The translations under genes were made by a program, and so were the position numbers. From Octopus vulgaris (Eukaryota): a stretch of DNA of 64,000 nucleotides. Below are positions 14,398 to 30,830 of the stretch, piece after piece; within the stretch, counting starts at the first letter, position 1, and the number at the start of each line of letters is the position of its first letter. The notes beneath the pieces were generated by a model. The model saw only the letters and a list, made by a program, of their open reading frames with translations. It made no database searches and was not told where the DNA came from. Where the stretch lies: NCBI GenBank assembly GCA_951406725.2, contig OX597814.1:211296001-211360000 (forward strand), read 5' to 3'.

Positions 14398-15075
14398 CGG
14401 GAAGCTTTATGAAAATAAACAAAAGACGAAGGCAGGTGGAAAACAAAACGAACAATTGTATTAGTATGGCGCTCAGGAAATTTAAATAAAACAAGTCTTT
14501 AACGTTTCGAGCCTACGCTCTTCAACAGAAAGATACACAGAGAGAGAAAAACACAGAAAGAAGGAGAGAAAAAAAATGCGTGCAGTAGCTAACGAATCAA
14601 CATGGCGATCTGATTTCGGCCAGAGGTCAAAGATCAAACATGAGACGCGAGAGCGAAATAAGGGGAGATAATAGGGTTGATAAAAGGGTTGAGGGACCAG
14701 CTAAAAGTGCGTGGGAGGGGTCTGGATGTGTGTATGTATAGGGTTGGTGTATGTATTAGTATGTATAAGGGGGTGTGTGTGTGTGTGTGTGTGTGTGTAT
14801 GAGAGAGTATTAGTGCGTAAGATTGGTCTGGACGTGCGTATGTATGGGGTTGGTGTATGTATTAGTATGTATTAGTATGTATTAGTACGTATTGGTATGT
14901 ATAGGTGTGTGTGTGTGAGAGAGTATAAGTGCGTATGCGGGGTCTGGACGTGTGTATGTATAGGGTTGGTGTAAGTATTAGTATGTACTAGTATGTATTA
15001 GTACGTATTAGTAGGTATTAGTTGGTGTGTGTATTAGTATGGCACATCATATGTGATTAGTATGGCACATCATAT

Positions 15076-15078
<3 letters not shown>
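14397..15078 (-). mobile_element. Non-coding Penelope-type/retrozyme-like element with hammerhead motif and internal minisatellite
   Basis: Flanked by (AT)n on both sides. Hammerhead motif at 14496-14533. Three ~110-bp GGTCTGGAC/TGTG..TATGTATAGGGTTGGTGTA units at 14718-15010. Confidence 0.55.
14496..14533 (-). ncRNA. Minimal type I hammerhead ribozyme motif (one core substitution)
   Basis: Minus strand: UCUUU-CUGUUGA-A-GAGC-GUAG-GCUC-GAAACGUU-AAAGA. Confidence 0.6.
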
Positions 15079-15141
<63 letters not shown>

Positions 15142-15460
15142 TATATATATGTATATATATATATATATATATATACATACATACATAAATACATATATAC
15201 ATAAATACACACACATGTATATATATATATATATATATATATAACTTGAGGAAAAATAATTTAGAATGGAAGATATTGATATAATTAGAAGGTAGAAATG
15301 CAAGAACACAATAACGGGACCTATCCGATATTTCTCTTATTTTGATACTTTTATAGGTGTTGTTGTCGAAATTGTTGTTCCACAATGTGATGTCTGCTGC
15401 GACAAAAACAGGAATATACAGTATATATATATATATACATATATATGTGCGTGTGTGTTT

Positions 15461-15660
15461 GTGTGTCTATGTTTGTCCCCCTAGCATTGCTTGACAACCG
15501 ATGCTGGTGTGTTTATGTCCCCGTCACTTAGCGGTTCGGCAAAAGAGACCGATAGAATAAGTACTGGGCTTACAAAGAATAAGTCCCGGAGTCGAGTTGC
15601 TCGATTAAAGGTGGTGCTCCAGCATGGCCGCAGTCAAATGACTGAAACAAGTAAAAGAGT
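15461..15660 (+). mobile_element. SINE family A, 3' half
   Basis: TGACAACCGATGCTGGTGTGTTT...GACCGATAGAATAAGTAC...GGTGCTCCAGCATGGCCGCAGTCAAATGACTGAAACAAGTAAAAGAG; near-identical to 41950-42150. Confidence 0.9.
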
Positions 15661-15977
15661 ATCCAGTAAGGGAAAATATTCCCATAAAAATTTACATACA
15701 GGACAGAATACGCGAACCTCTCTAAATTTCCCTTTGTTGTAAACAGGAAGATAATCAGACAAACGCCCTATATATTTATAACATATTTTTCGATAATTGA
15801 CAAGATGATGATGCTGATGTTTATTACGATTACACATAGCATTTGGGGTTATGCTAATGCAAAATATTATTTCCCAAAATATACAAACGTTGCATGAATA
15901 CATATGCACAGACTCACAGACACATACACAGAAAAAACATACACATATGTATATGTATGTATGCATGTATACAACTA

Positions 15978-16142
15978 GGCGTAGGAATGGCTGTGTGGTA
16001 AGAAGCTTGCTTTCGAACTACATGGTTTTTGGGTTCAGTCCCGCTGCGTGGCACCTTGGACAAGTGTCTTCTACTATAGCCTCGCGCCAACCAAAGCCTT
16101 GTGAGTGGATTTGGTAGACGGAAACTGAAAGAAGCCCGTCGT

Positions 16143-16208
<66 letters not shown>

Positions 16209-16409
16209 CTGTGTCTGTGTTTGTCTCCCCACCAACTTCGTTTGACAACCAATGCTGGTGTTTATACGTCCCCGTAACCTTGCGGTTCTGCAAAAGAACC
16301 GATAGAATATGTACCAGGCTTACAAAGAATAAGTCCTGGAGTCGATTTGCTCGACTAAAGGCGGTGCTCCAGCATAGCCACAGTCAAATGACTGAATCAA
16401 GTAAAAGAT
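15978..16409 (+). mobile_element. SINE family A, full length (tRNA head, CORE-like domain, internal (AT)n(GT)n, LINE-derived tail)
   Basis: TGGCTGTGTGGTAAG (A box), GGGTTCAGTCCC (B box), GGCACCTTGGACAAGTGTCTT; repeated many times in the window. Confidence 0.92.
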
Positions 16410-16995
16410 ATATATATATACATTTGTGTTTTGGTGTCTGTGGGCGAACGCACGTATGTGTGAGTGCACGCGCATGTGCGTGTCAGTGTATGTTTTTTTG
16501 TAGGTATGAATATATGTTGGCAGGTTGTAAGTATTTATAATAAAAGTAGGCGTGTCCTCTTTCCATGAGAATATGACTACTTGTAAGGAGAATTAAATGC
16601 GTCTATATTTGTTAGAGTTTCATTTCAAATAAAACTACTCTCGATACTTGCATTCAGTGTTTTGCTTGAAATTGTAAATTGTCCTCCTACGTTTTCAATG
16701 GAAACATGGTTCGTGGTTTACGAGTCAATTTATGTATCTTTGGGTGCGCACATACAAATATACATAAATAAATGCTTACATAAATACATATATGCACACA
16801 TAGAGTGTATGTATGTGTGCATGTATGTAAGGGAGTTTTGTGTGCACGTGTGCATGTGTGTATATGTGTTTGTGCGCAAGTGTGTGACGTGAATTCTCGC
16901 ACTTCTAAAAATTTTATTGCAAGGCAATAAATGATTCAGCCTAGAATCATTGAAGTTGCAGAGCAGAATTTTCAAATAATATGGACGCTACTTGC

Positions 16996-17059
<64 letters not shown>

Positions 17060-17097
17060 AAATATAAACCTCTTAGTTCAGCAGTGATCTGTAAGTG

Positions 17098-17153
<56 letters not shown>

Positions 17154-17201
17154 GCATAGGTATATGTATTTATAGATCTCCGCTTACAGATCTCAGCAAG
17201 G

Positions 17202-17248
<47 letters not shown>

Positions 17249-17600
17249 GTGTATATGTGTGTATTTATGTATACTTATATATTGGAATGAATATGTACGT
17301 TGTGAACAACATCTCTCAGTATATCATACATGTCATTCAATGAGTTTCTGAAATATAAGGAGATGGAAATATTAAATAGAAATGTGCAACATGCTACGCA
17401 ATTTATTTCATACTTACATTGAAATGTATACAATTTATAATCTCTGCAAATTGTTTAAATATTAGAAAATATAATCAAATTTTTGAAACCTATCATAAAA
17501 TTATCCTTGAGCCATTTCCATGTCTTATACAGCTCGGAAATTACTGAATTCCATAAAATATATTGCTCATCGTGTAAACATATGCATGTGTTGCATACAT

Positions 17601-17654
<54 letters not shown>

Positions 17655-18388
17655 GCGTGTGTCTGCATCTGTATATTTTGTGTGCGAGTGTGTATATACA
17701 TATTGTCTGTATGTCTGTAAGAATCTGTGTGTATATGCTTATAGGAGTGTACTGAAAATGTTTCATCTATTCCTGTATTTGTTAATCATATTAATGATAT
17801 AAGTATATAAGTATTTTGAATTATATGTATTCAGCGGATTACAAGCACATATAATATATTTCTCGATGATCATTCAATATGTAAAACGTAATATCAAACA
17901 TAGAATAAAGTAGGGTAGCCTAGTATTAATTCATATAATTACACCTGCAAACAGAAGAAGACACACCCGGACACTCATAAACTCTCACACAGATACACAC
18001 TCACATTTCCAAATCACACAAAGTTATTAACGAAGAAATACCCATAAATGCACAGCTACACTAAATGTATATTGTGTACGTAATCATGCGTATATTGATA
18101 AATACATAGATAGGGAAATATATTTATGATTATTTATGTAGTAATCTTTTATGCCCAATATTTTAAGGAACTTGTTGAACTCTTTTATGTCCTTACCAAA
18201 GACTGTATATATGTAATGTAGCAATTTGTAACAACCAATAATTAACGCAACCAAACTGCTACATGTTACATTTGACAATCTTTTTCGAAAGAGTAAAAGT
18301 AAAGTAAATAAACATCTTTTAAATTGCATTTTTAAACCTTCTTTCGTATATAATTCCACTCGTGCGGTACCCTACAACTCCACTTTGT

Positions 18389-18467
<79 letters not shown>

Positions 18468-19004
18468 GTGTGGGTATTTGTCTGCATGTCCCCCCTCTCT
18501 CTCTGTATAAATGTATACATATCGAGAGAGAGAGAGAGAGAGGGAGGCAGACAGACGTACACACAGACGAGAAAGAAAACAAAGAAAGAAAAATAGGTAG
18601 ATACATAGAAAGATAGATAGATACATACATAGATAGATTGAGAGAGAGATGGACAAATGGGAACATTTTACAAACAAACTTATAAGTGCCGCATGTATCG
18701 GTAATCTACAGAAAATATACGAATTCGCAAATGCAGGAGGTCATTGTTTACTGCTGGTAAATAACATTTAGAAGAAAGAAATGCGTGACCAGAAATGCTC
18801 GAAAGGAATCGAAACGGGTGCCTCTCAAATTCCTCTCAATACATACGTGTATATATGTATGTAGGTGTGTTTGTGTATGTGTGCACGTGCGTCTACGTAT
18901 GTATAAATAGGTATAAATAGATGTACATTTACTTTACTAATCCGGTCGTACTCATAAAAAATCTCCGCTAATAGATCAGTCTACAAATCACCCCTCTCTT
19001 CATA

Positions 19005-19060
<56 letters not shown>

Positions 19061-19061
19061 G

Positions 19062-19109
<48 letters not shown>

Positions 19110-19112
<3 letters not shown>

Positions 19113-19260
19113 TCGTACTTATGTATAAGATTAATCAGCCGAAATCGCGAGGATGATCCGGTTCTTGACTGAAGATTGAAGGCTTCGAATGTCCCGTCCG
19201 TGTTTTTTGTATTGTCTTCTAAATGTTTTGCGTTCTTGTCCTAGTTTGTATTTTTTTACC
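19110..19260 (+). mobile_element. Short non-coding insert in (AT)n, possibly a Penelope-type terminal remnant
   Basis: Unique ~150 bp with AGCCGAAA and a pyrimidine-rich tail, between two (AT)n tracts. Architecture parallels the hammerhead-bearing inserts, but there is no complete core. Confidence 0.3.
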
Positions 19261-19317
19261 TATATATATATATATATATATACACACACGCGTATATATG
19301 TATATATGGACGGATGT

Positions 19318-19453
19318 ATACGAACTTCTATGAAATTCCGTCAACCAAAACAACTAACAAGGCGGTCTGTCAGAAGCAATACTATAAGAAACTTGCCCGA
19401 TATACCACAGAGAAGGACTGAAACCGAAACCATGTAGCTGAGAAAAAAACTTC
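19318..19453 (-). mobile_element. SINE family A, degenerate 5' half
   Basis: Reverse-complement similarity to 15990-16140. Confidence 0.7.
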
Positions 19454-19665
19454 CTATGAAATACAAAATAATTTTAATTGTATATTCAAAGTCTATGTAA
19501 AACCGTCGCTACTTCGTTCATATACATGTAATTCTTCGCCAACCAATTGTGGATATGGTTCTTCTATGAGTATTTCCATGAGTATATACATTCCTATGAA
19601 GCACATGCAAGTTTGCACAGTTTCACAGAACTGGGAATGACATTGCACAGGTTGTAACCACCCAC

Positions 19666-19715
<50 letters not shown>

Positions 19716-20369
19716 CGTTATGTCGCACCTTCGGATGACCTCTACTTAACTCTACCCCTCGACTCTACTCGTCTAGGCTTATCCCTCTATATCTACGTAT
19801 TGGGCTAGCCTACTTCATCTGGAGGCGCCCACACAACACTATCTAGCAACTATCTATATGTGTACGTATGTATGTAGTTATGTATGCATGTATATGTCTA
19901 AGTATGTATTTACACACATATATAATGACAGTATTTGCAGAAGTGGGAATGAGAAAGTTAGAATAAGAAACATATAATCGACTACATAAAGTACTTGAGA
20001 ATAAATACTAAATTATAATAAGACATAAACGTATTTCTGAAACTGAACCAGGTAAATAATAATAATTAAATTACATTAGTGTAGAAGCTTATTAATTCTA
20101 TAGGAATGGAGACTGATATATGGCAACATTAAATAAATTGGATGTTTTCTCTTACATTCAACGGGCGTTCATAAATTCTAACAGATTGACTATTAAAGAA
20201 AATATGTTTACAGAAACATTGATAGCACCTATAGGATGGAGAATGTAGAAGTGTGGGAAATTATTACACATGAAAGAAAGGAAGGAAAAAAGTAGTTATA
20301 TGTGCCTGTAGGTGTGTGTGTTCATATATGTGTATATATATACACATATGTATGCATGTGTCCCTGTGA

Positions 20370-20444
<75 letters not shown>

Positions 20445-21014
20445 GAATAAAAACAACACATGCGAATAAAGAACCGGGAGATTAATTGAAAACCAATATT
20501 TGTAAATTCTAGATATAAAATTTTGAAATAGAAAATATGCTTCAGAGGAATTTACTTTCCATAAGAAATCAATAGATTTCTTTCACCTCCTCTCTGTTTC
20601 ATGCTAGTGCTCTCACGCCTCCTCTTTTTTTCTCCTAACTCTCACTACCTCTTTTTTATTGTCCATTCCATCTCTTACCGCCTCCTTGTATTTGCCTATG
20701 TGTCGGTGTGTGTTTGTGTTTGCAAAAGAAAGAGAGAGATTATAAATGGGATTAGTTTCGTAGTGGAAAATGTGTAGATACAAACCACTTTTGTAACATA
20801 TGCATACATTTCTACGTTAATTTTCCCATACGTGGGTATATATGACCTGAAATACGTGTGGCTACAAGTCTGTCTCTATTGCTCTTTCTACATATATTTC
20901 TTTGCGTGCATATCAATCAGTAATAAAGTATTTCGTGATAATATAAATTTATAAAAACACAGAAACATGTATATACTTATATATCGTGTATCCTTTACCT
21001 TTATATTTCAATTA

Positions 21015-21257
21015 TTCCACTGTTGCCATGCTGAGGCGCCAACTGCTAGTGTTTTTGTTTTGATTTCTTTCAGTCGAATGAATTAAACCCATTGCATAAT
21101 TCTAAGGAAAATATCTATTTTCTAGTCCCTTCTACCGGCTTTCAAGTGTTGGTAGATGACAAGCACAAACACAAACACGCACACACACACACTCACACGC
21201 ACATACATACATATATATATATATATGTATATATATTATGTACATTTATATATTATG

Positions 21258-21334
<77 letters not shown>

Positions 21335-21487
21335 GTGTACGACAGGCTTCTTTCAGTTTCCATCTACCGAATCCACTCACAAGTCATAGTAGTAGAGGGG
21401 TTATAGTAGAAAATCTTTGCCCAGACTGCTTAATCTCGGAAACGTGTTCGAGAAGCAAACTTTTTAACTCATTGGCACGACTGTACC
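21015..21487 (-). mobile_element. SINE family A, degenerate, with expanded internal microsatellite
   Basis: ACGACAGGCTTCTTTCAGTTTCCATCTACCGAATCCACTCACAAG (21339-21383) and tail remnant GCCATGCTGAGGCGCC (~21025-21040). Confidence 0.75.
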
Positions 21488-21759
21488 TATATGTATATAA
21501 TAAACATTCAGATATGTGAATGTGGCTTTTAGCAAAGATGGAATTTTACCAACATTCCGATATTACCAGAAAACCCCTTGATATTGTAGAGCATAAAATC
21601 TAAACGGGGTTAGCTATGTACAATAGCCTATTTTGTCCAGTAGTCGAATAATCATTCCAGCATCGTTAATTACACTAAACAATATGAAAGGTGCCGAGAG
21701 GGTTACAAATATCACAATATATATGTATGTGTGCATGTGTGTGTGTGTATGTGTGTGTG

Positions 21760-22100
21760 CATGTGTGGTAAGGAGCCTGCTACCCAACTACATGTTTCCG
21801 ATTTCAGTCTCACTACGTAACACCTTGAGGAAGTGTCTCCTACTATAGCCACGGGCCTACTAAAGCCTTGTGAGTGGATTTCGTGGATGGAAACTGAAAG
21901 AAGGCCGTGTGTCTGTATTTGTCGCCCATCACCGCTCGACAACTGGTTTTGGGGAGTTTACATCCCCTGTAACTCAGTGGTTCAGCAAATAAGACCGATA
22001 AATTATGTACTATAAGTCCTGGGTCAATTTGCTTTACTAAATCTCTTGGAGGCGGTGCTCCAGCCTGGCCGCAGTCAAAAGATAGAAATAAGTAAAAAGA
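21760..22100 (+). mobile_element. SINE family A
   Basis: AAAGCCTTGTGAGTGGATTT...GGAAACTGAAAGAAG...GGCGGTGCTCCAGCCTGGCCGCAGTCAAA. Confidence 0.88.
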
Positions 22101-22399
22101 TGTAATTGCTTGCGACGTCTATTTAAATATATCATATTCTATTATTTACTGTCTAGAAAAATTGTCCCTGTATAATTTGTATTAGGGATATTCTATTACT
22201 TTATGCTGAATGTTTGATATTCTCCTAAATCTTCATTATGTATATATGCATCATAGTGTAGTAACCATACTAATAGTAACTGAAACTGCTCCCTGAACTT
22301 ACATTGAGTCATGAAGGGAATTGTCTATGAATGTCTGTCAATCAAATGTTTTTCCAGAGTGCATTTGTCCAACTCGCCTGTAATAAACTTAAGACCAGA

Positions 22400-23073
22400 T
22401 TTTTGCGTCAGCGATATACTTATGTGAAAGCAGGAAATAGAATTCTTTCTTCTCTCGGCCGACATAGTCAGCAGTTCTATGATAGCAACACACACTTCGA
22501 ATTATTCTAGCGTAATGATATGAAAACCCTACTATACCCAAAGCCTCACCACTTCCGTATTTTGTGTTCACCTGAACATTCCTACATTCTATTTGATCGT
22601 GAACTAATAAACCAAAATTCCAGCACACTTGATATTATAAAAGCTTGAAACACCAATTCTACCACCAACGAGCACGTGATGCAGAAGAGTGAGATGTATT
22701 TCTCCCATCCATTGATGCGCTCTACAAGCTTCGTTATATATCACGTGATCACGTGACCGACCAGACCATCAGATGTTGTTACACATCGCAGGTCACAATG
22801 CGTTCGCATTGTTTTAGCCTTCGAATGACGCCACCCCGCTGGCTAAGTGAGCAGGCCAACAGAAGAAATATTGGGAGAAAGAGTGGTGAAAGAGTACAGC
22901 AGGGATCACCACCTACTGCTGGGGCCTCGTGGAGCTTTAGGTGTTTTCGCTCAATAAACACTCACAACGCCCGGTCTGGGAATCGAAACCGCGATCCTGC
23001 AACCCCGAGTCCGCTGCCCTAACCACTAGGCCATTGCGCCTCCACTCGTTATATATATACATATATATGTATA

Positions 23074-23146
<73 letters not shown>

Positions 23147-23215
23147 TATAGCTGTAGAAGCCCGTACTGCCACAGGTTGTAAAAGTGACCACCAAGCGTC
23201 CCCTAATCTTTCAAT
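22400..23215 (+). pseudogene. Possible highly decayed APE endonuclease of an L1/Tx1-type LINE, interrupted by a SINE
   Basis: Frameshifted motifs AIY......SFF, IILA/(N)DMKTLL (GDFN-like) and TGCKSDHQA (SDH) in the expected order; many stops. Confidence 0.35.
22742..23045 (-). mobile_element. tRNA(Arg-like)-derived SINE, family D variant 1, with 11-bp TSD
   Basis: Minus head GGAGGCGCAATGGCCTAGTGGTTAGGGCAGCGGACTCG...GGTTTCGATTCCC. TSD TCGTTATATAT at 22731-22741 and 23046-23056. Tail ends in (TCACGTGA)2. Confidence 0.92.
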
Positions 23216-24063
23216 TGATTTAACCATAGCAAATCACGGGCTAAGAGATAGAAACACAAACTTAGCATGCACTGACACTCAATGCATCTAACCAGTGAAA
23301 ATGAAATATTTATAATTTGTATGTATGTTGGAAATAAATGGAAACATGTACGCATAAATGAAATAATACACGTTTAGAGAAACATACAAATTCACAGTCA
23401 TGCGCAATAGAAACACGCACAAACGGCAAATACAGAAAAAAGTGTGCTCCTACACATATACCTACACAATAATTTCATCTTAACCTGCCATCAAACGCAT
23501 AGCAAAAGCAGAGGCATCCAAACCCATAATACTAGCAATGAACACACACAAAACAGCTGTAGATCATATGCTAGTATGCTAAATCCAAAATGAAGATAAG
23601 AAACAAATGCTCTTGAATAAATACATATACAAACACATCAGCGTTACACACATGCACACACGTACTCTCAAGACAATCAAAGCACCCATTCTTAAATAAA
23701 CGCACGCAGCGACTCTGTACCTTACATATTCGTGCACGTACACTAGAATGTGAAAACCGAACAAAATGACATCCAAATGTTTGTATTCAGTGATGGCAAT
23801 TTGAGAATACATTTTATAGATACTTTCCTACTTCCTTGTCTCATGCGTTGTTGTATTCTAATGTATATGGCTCTTTCACCTATTTCACAACGGTACCCCA
23901 ACAGGCATGCAATCGCAAACACTCATCCACAATAATAAATAAAAAACATACAACTAAAACATACACACAGACAAATTGCACTTTCGAGTTCTATACGTAA
24001 ATTCATCATAGGGAAAATAATACTAGACCAAACTCGCAAGAACAATTAACACGCACTCATATA

Positions 24064-24285
24064 TATTTTTCTAGTACCCACAAGGGGTTAAACACAGAGG
24101 AGACAAACAAGGACAGACAAAGGGATTAAGTCGATTACATCGACACCAGTGCGTAACTGGTACTTAATTTATCGACCCCGAAAGGATGAAAGGCAAAGTC
24201 GACCTCGGGGGAATTTGAACTCACAACGTAACGGCAGACGAAATACGGCTACGCATTTCGCCCGGCGTGCTAACGTTTCTACCAG
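24064..24285 (-). mobile_element. SINE family B
   Basis: Reverse complement closely matches 7374-7605. Confidence 0.92.
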
Positions 24286-24502
24286 GACACAGAAACATAT
24301 ACGGATTGACAGAAACCCACACACACACTCACACACACAAACACAGACACAAACTCAGATACAAACACATCACGCACACACTCACACGCAAGATATACGT
24401 GGAGCATATAAGTATCCCCTCATCCAGTGTATGCTGACTTTATATGTCTGTGCCCAGAGCCTGCTCCTTCACAATGTGACTCCAGTTAATATTATCTGTT
24501 AC

Positions 24503-25490
<988 letters not shown>

Positions 25491-26024
25491 ATTTTCGAAT
25501 AAGTTCCTGTTTACGAATATATACTTAAATGTTATTTAAAACAAGTGACTTTCATTAATATATAAGTTTTATACAATAATCCATTCCCTTTTCTGATTTC
25601 CAGACACCTCTTTCTTTGTAAAGTTTATTTATAGAACATAGGCAAATACTAACGATTCCATACACGCAAAAACACAAATCAGCCACGAAATACAGCAAGC
25701 AGATGCGTATACTGTTCAAAGTAATTTCTTTTTTTTTTTACAAATTATGCATAAAATACCCACACGCACGAATATGCATACAAACAAACATGATTATGTG
25801 TGTGTATGTGAAAGCGAGGGGGAGTATAGACATTTATAGAGAGCAATATAGCATACTAGATAGATAGTAAAACATATTATAGATAGCATGGTAGTTAGAT
25901 CGTGAAAGAGGAAGAAAGAGGGAGACAGATAGAGAGAGAGAGAGAACATGGATAGATTGACAGTCAGACAAAGAGAAACACGGTGGCATGGATACTTAGA
26001 TACACACACAAAGTGATGGCTGGT

Positions 26025-26723
<699 letters not shown>

Positions 26724-27444
26724 GTTTCTGTTGACTGTTTTCGTATTCCAATCATTATTTTCCTGCTGTCGGCATCCAGTATTATTGCTGTTTTGCGTGC
26801 TAATCCGATGCAATCTTGTTAATCACTATAAGTTTCATTTTTTATTTATTTATTTATTTATTCATTTATTTTAGTTGACCTCTTCCGATATAGCATTTTA
26901 CCCTGCATGTTGTTGGCAATAAAATATTTTGCTAACCCGAAAATTTTACACCATAAGTCAACAGTGTTCTACTGAGAAGAAATACTCGGAATAAAATAAT
27001 GTTTTACCGTATATTACAGCTTTTAATGATTGTTTCATCTACTGCATAGCATTGCTTCACAATGTACACAGTAGTTTTTCTTTCTTTCATTCTTTTTATT
27101 TATTTATTCCTCCTTCTCCATTTAGAAATCTGTCGGTACATTCTAGTATTATGTGCAGAGAACGTAAAGTGAAAAAAAAAACAAAAAAAAAACAAAAAAA
27201 CAAAAAACAAACAAAGAAGAAATAAATGCTAAAATGAATAAAGATAGAAATGAAGAAATACACGAATAAATAGAAGCAATGAGCCCATTGAACATGTGGC
27301 TTTTGATAGAATCCTTGTTATAATGCAGATAATGGTATTCCTTTAGTGTTCTCGTACTAAAGAAAAAGAGAGATGGTGGGGAGAAAACAGAGGAACATAA
27401 CGTTGTAGAGGGAAAATGGGAAAGAAAGTAAGAGAATGCAGAAC

Positions 27445-27573
<129 letters not shown>

Positions 27574-27749
27574 GCTCAGTGAGTATGTATGCATATATGT
27601 ATGCATGTGTGTGTATGTTTGTATGTATACACATGTTCGTATGTACGTGTGTGTGTGAAGAGAAATATCTTGTGACAGAGGAAGACTGAGTGAGTGTGTT
27701 AGTGGGTGAGTGATGTTCATAAAGAAAGAATTGTTGACGCGTTTGCTTG

Positions 27750-27795
<46 letters not shown>

Positions 27796-27816
27796 TATAT
27801 TTATATGAATGTATGT

Positions 27817-27851
<35 letters not shown>

Positions 27852-28522
27852 CATACATTAGTATATATATATATATATATATGAATGTGTATATATATAT
27901 ATATATATATATAAGACATACATACGTACACACATACATACTTACATTCATGCTTATAAACACGCACATACACAAACAGAGAGAGGTAGAGAAAGAGGGA
28001 GAATGGTGGCAGTGTGAGGGAAGGAAAGAAATCGCAGAAGAACGGTAGAAGAGAAAAATCAATAAGCAAATTATCTTCAAGCCAGACAATTGTAACAATT
28101 TGATCATGAATATAAAGTTAGCTGTCGAGGACAGCGGCACGCGTTTTTGGTGTTTTCATTATTTCTGTTATTGTTGCAGTTGTTGTCGTTGTTGAGTTGT
28201 TTGTTGTATATTTGATTTTTGATTTTTTTTTTTTTTTCTTTTTCTACAGATCGAAGTATGTTCAGAATATTACACTGTATTTTGTGCCTCTGCTTCTTGT
28301 AGTAATATCCGCAACAGGCCTTACAATTAAAGAGAAATAAACAAGACATACTATCCACGTATATTGTTACTTACATTGCCATTTAGTAAAGCCATACTTG
28401 TGTCAAATGGATAATATAAGCAAAAAGGGGAAAAATAATAATCTAAGCGGCAAAGGCCAAATGAAGAAGCAAAGTAAATAATATCCTCATTCATTTTTCT
28501 ATAAGCATCCCTATACCATTAC

Positions 28523-28906
<384 letters not shown>

Positions 28907-28909
28907 CTT

Positions 28910-30830
28910 GATAGTTAAACGTTTGCACTTAATATGATGAACGTATTTTATATGCATATTGTTTTTTTAGTATTTTTAGCAAAATTCAGTTATGTCTTCC
29001 AACAAAATGTATGGCGTCAGATGTCATGGCTGATGATACCATGAGAAACTTTATAAATGATCAATTATGAAAGCATATAGATACTTCTTAAATTTCTTTT
29101 TCAATGGTTATATAATATACATCAACAACACCTTCAACACAGAATATTTTTTTTATGACAAATATGTTTTATTTGTAATCAATGCTATTGCACATTTGCA
29201 TATTTCTAGTTACATAAAACTTGAGACATTAACAAAAATGATGAGGAATGCTAAAATTGTAAAACATATTTCTTCGTGACATACTAAGGTATTACGATAA
29301 AGCTTACATCTACAATTCGCATATTGCCTTGGTGGATTGCATGGCTGCTGCCTGAAACTTTGATGTATTTTGAGGAGTGGTGATTGTGTTGGAAGCCTTC
29401 GACACTCAGCCACTGAAATAGGCACATTCATTCATCCAAAAAGTAAATACCACCACTGCTATCTATGCATGAAACCATGCCGGAAATACCAACCACAAAA
29501 CATTCAAAGTTAGTGGATTTTGTCGACTAGCCATAGCTAGTTATTTAGTAGGACCTTAATGTCTTTGCATTGCCGCAATTCTTGAGGTTATACTCATAAT
29601 TCTTCTCAAGGCATCGTAATTTCTTTGTCTCGTAATTGATTGAATCTCAGCCAACTGAATGCTGAAGTTATTTGTCACCCTCCTCCTTTCAAAATACCCA
29701 GGTTTCGAGATTTCGTTGGGGGGGGGGGAGTTTCAGAGAAAAAATGCGGCCACGTTTTCGTGCTTGATCGTAGTCTGTTATGTTTCTTGGATGGATAGTG
29801 TCGTACATGTTACATCATCCACACAACACCTGTAAATTAGAAACCTCGTATTTTCACCAATTTCTCATACTCACGGCTTCTTTTATTCCACCTTCAGTGG
29901 TTAACCCAATGTTGTCACAATTAGATTCATAGATATCGTTCATCCAGTAATAATGATAATTTCATGTCCCTTCTTTGGTGGTGCAAGTCTCCCACAGAAA
30001 TCACATACTGAATTTCTTTTGCCGGTACTTGGTTGCACTCCTATGGTCTTTCGATGAGCTGCTGAAGCCCACTTAATTGGTGTTCCACGAGTACTAAACA
30101 TTTCTCTGAGAAATCGTTGTTGTTCATCTTCACATCTTAAATGATTTATCTGAACACTGATGGATGTCCAAGCCATTTTGTGAAACCCGGGGCTTCTGAA
30201 GAGGTCACTTTCCAAAGTTATTTCCCAGTGAGATGGAAACCAAAAGTGCATAGAAATGAAAACTCCTAAATCACATACCCATATCTCCGTGTAGTAATTT
30301 AATCTAGTTTATACGTTGTTTTATTTTAATTGACTGCCCGAATGATTCAAATTATACTGAAGTGGGTAAACCGTCACTTTTACTGTTTATCACTGAATGC
30401 AAGACAATATTTTAAAATGTTTTTTTCTTGTTTTGGGAATTTGACGCCGTTTTGACACATTCTTTGAATACTAAGCTGACATCGTTTTAGGTGCATAATG
30501 CCAACTAGTATATGAAATACATTTTATTCGAAATATATTAGTATTTTATGAAACAAAAGAGAAAGCAACAACATCTAAAATTTATATATTTTACTTTTTT
30601 TCACAGAGTTAGGTCTCGAGAAGTGAGATCTAAAACCTCTATGTTTTATTTTTACAAAATGTATTTCAAACATTCATGATTTTAAAAGTTAACGCTAAAA
30701 TATTAAGAAGTACCCAACAAATGTTTAGTGAAAATTTCATAAACGTTTTATCGGTAGCAATTATCTAGTTAATATACTACCTGCAATTTTTGTTCTTATA
30801 TTTTAACTAATGGACTTCGAGAGGAAATTT
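28910..30830 (-). mobile_element. Possible old DNA transposon with decayed Cys/His-rich (PHD-like) coding remnant
   Basis: Weak inverted similarity between 28925-29025 and 30435-30550 (shared GGCGTCA). Minus-strand VCDFCGRLAPPKKG...WMND and PAWFHA, with stops and frameshifts. Confidence 0.3.

Noticed and set aside
17084-17192. Inverted GATCTGTAAG/CTTACAGATC around (AT)n
   Set aside because: Only ~12 bp of complementarity, too little to call an element.
19140-19195. Type II hammerhead (AGCC-GAAA...CTGAAGA...GGCT)
   Set aside because: Five extra nucleotides separate CUGAAGA from stem II, and stems I and III cannot be built convincingly.
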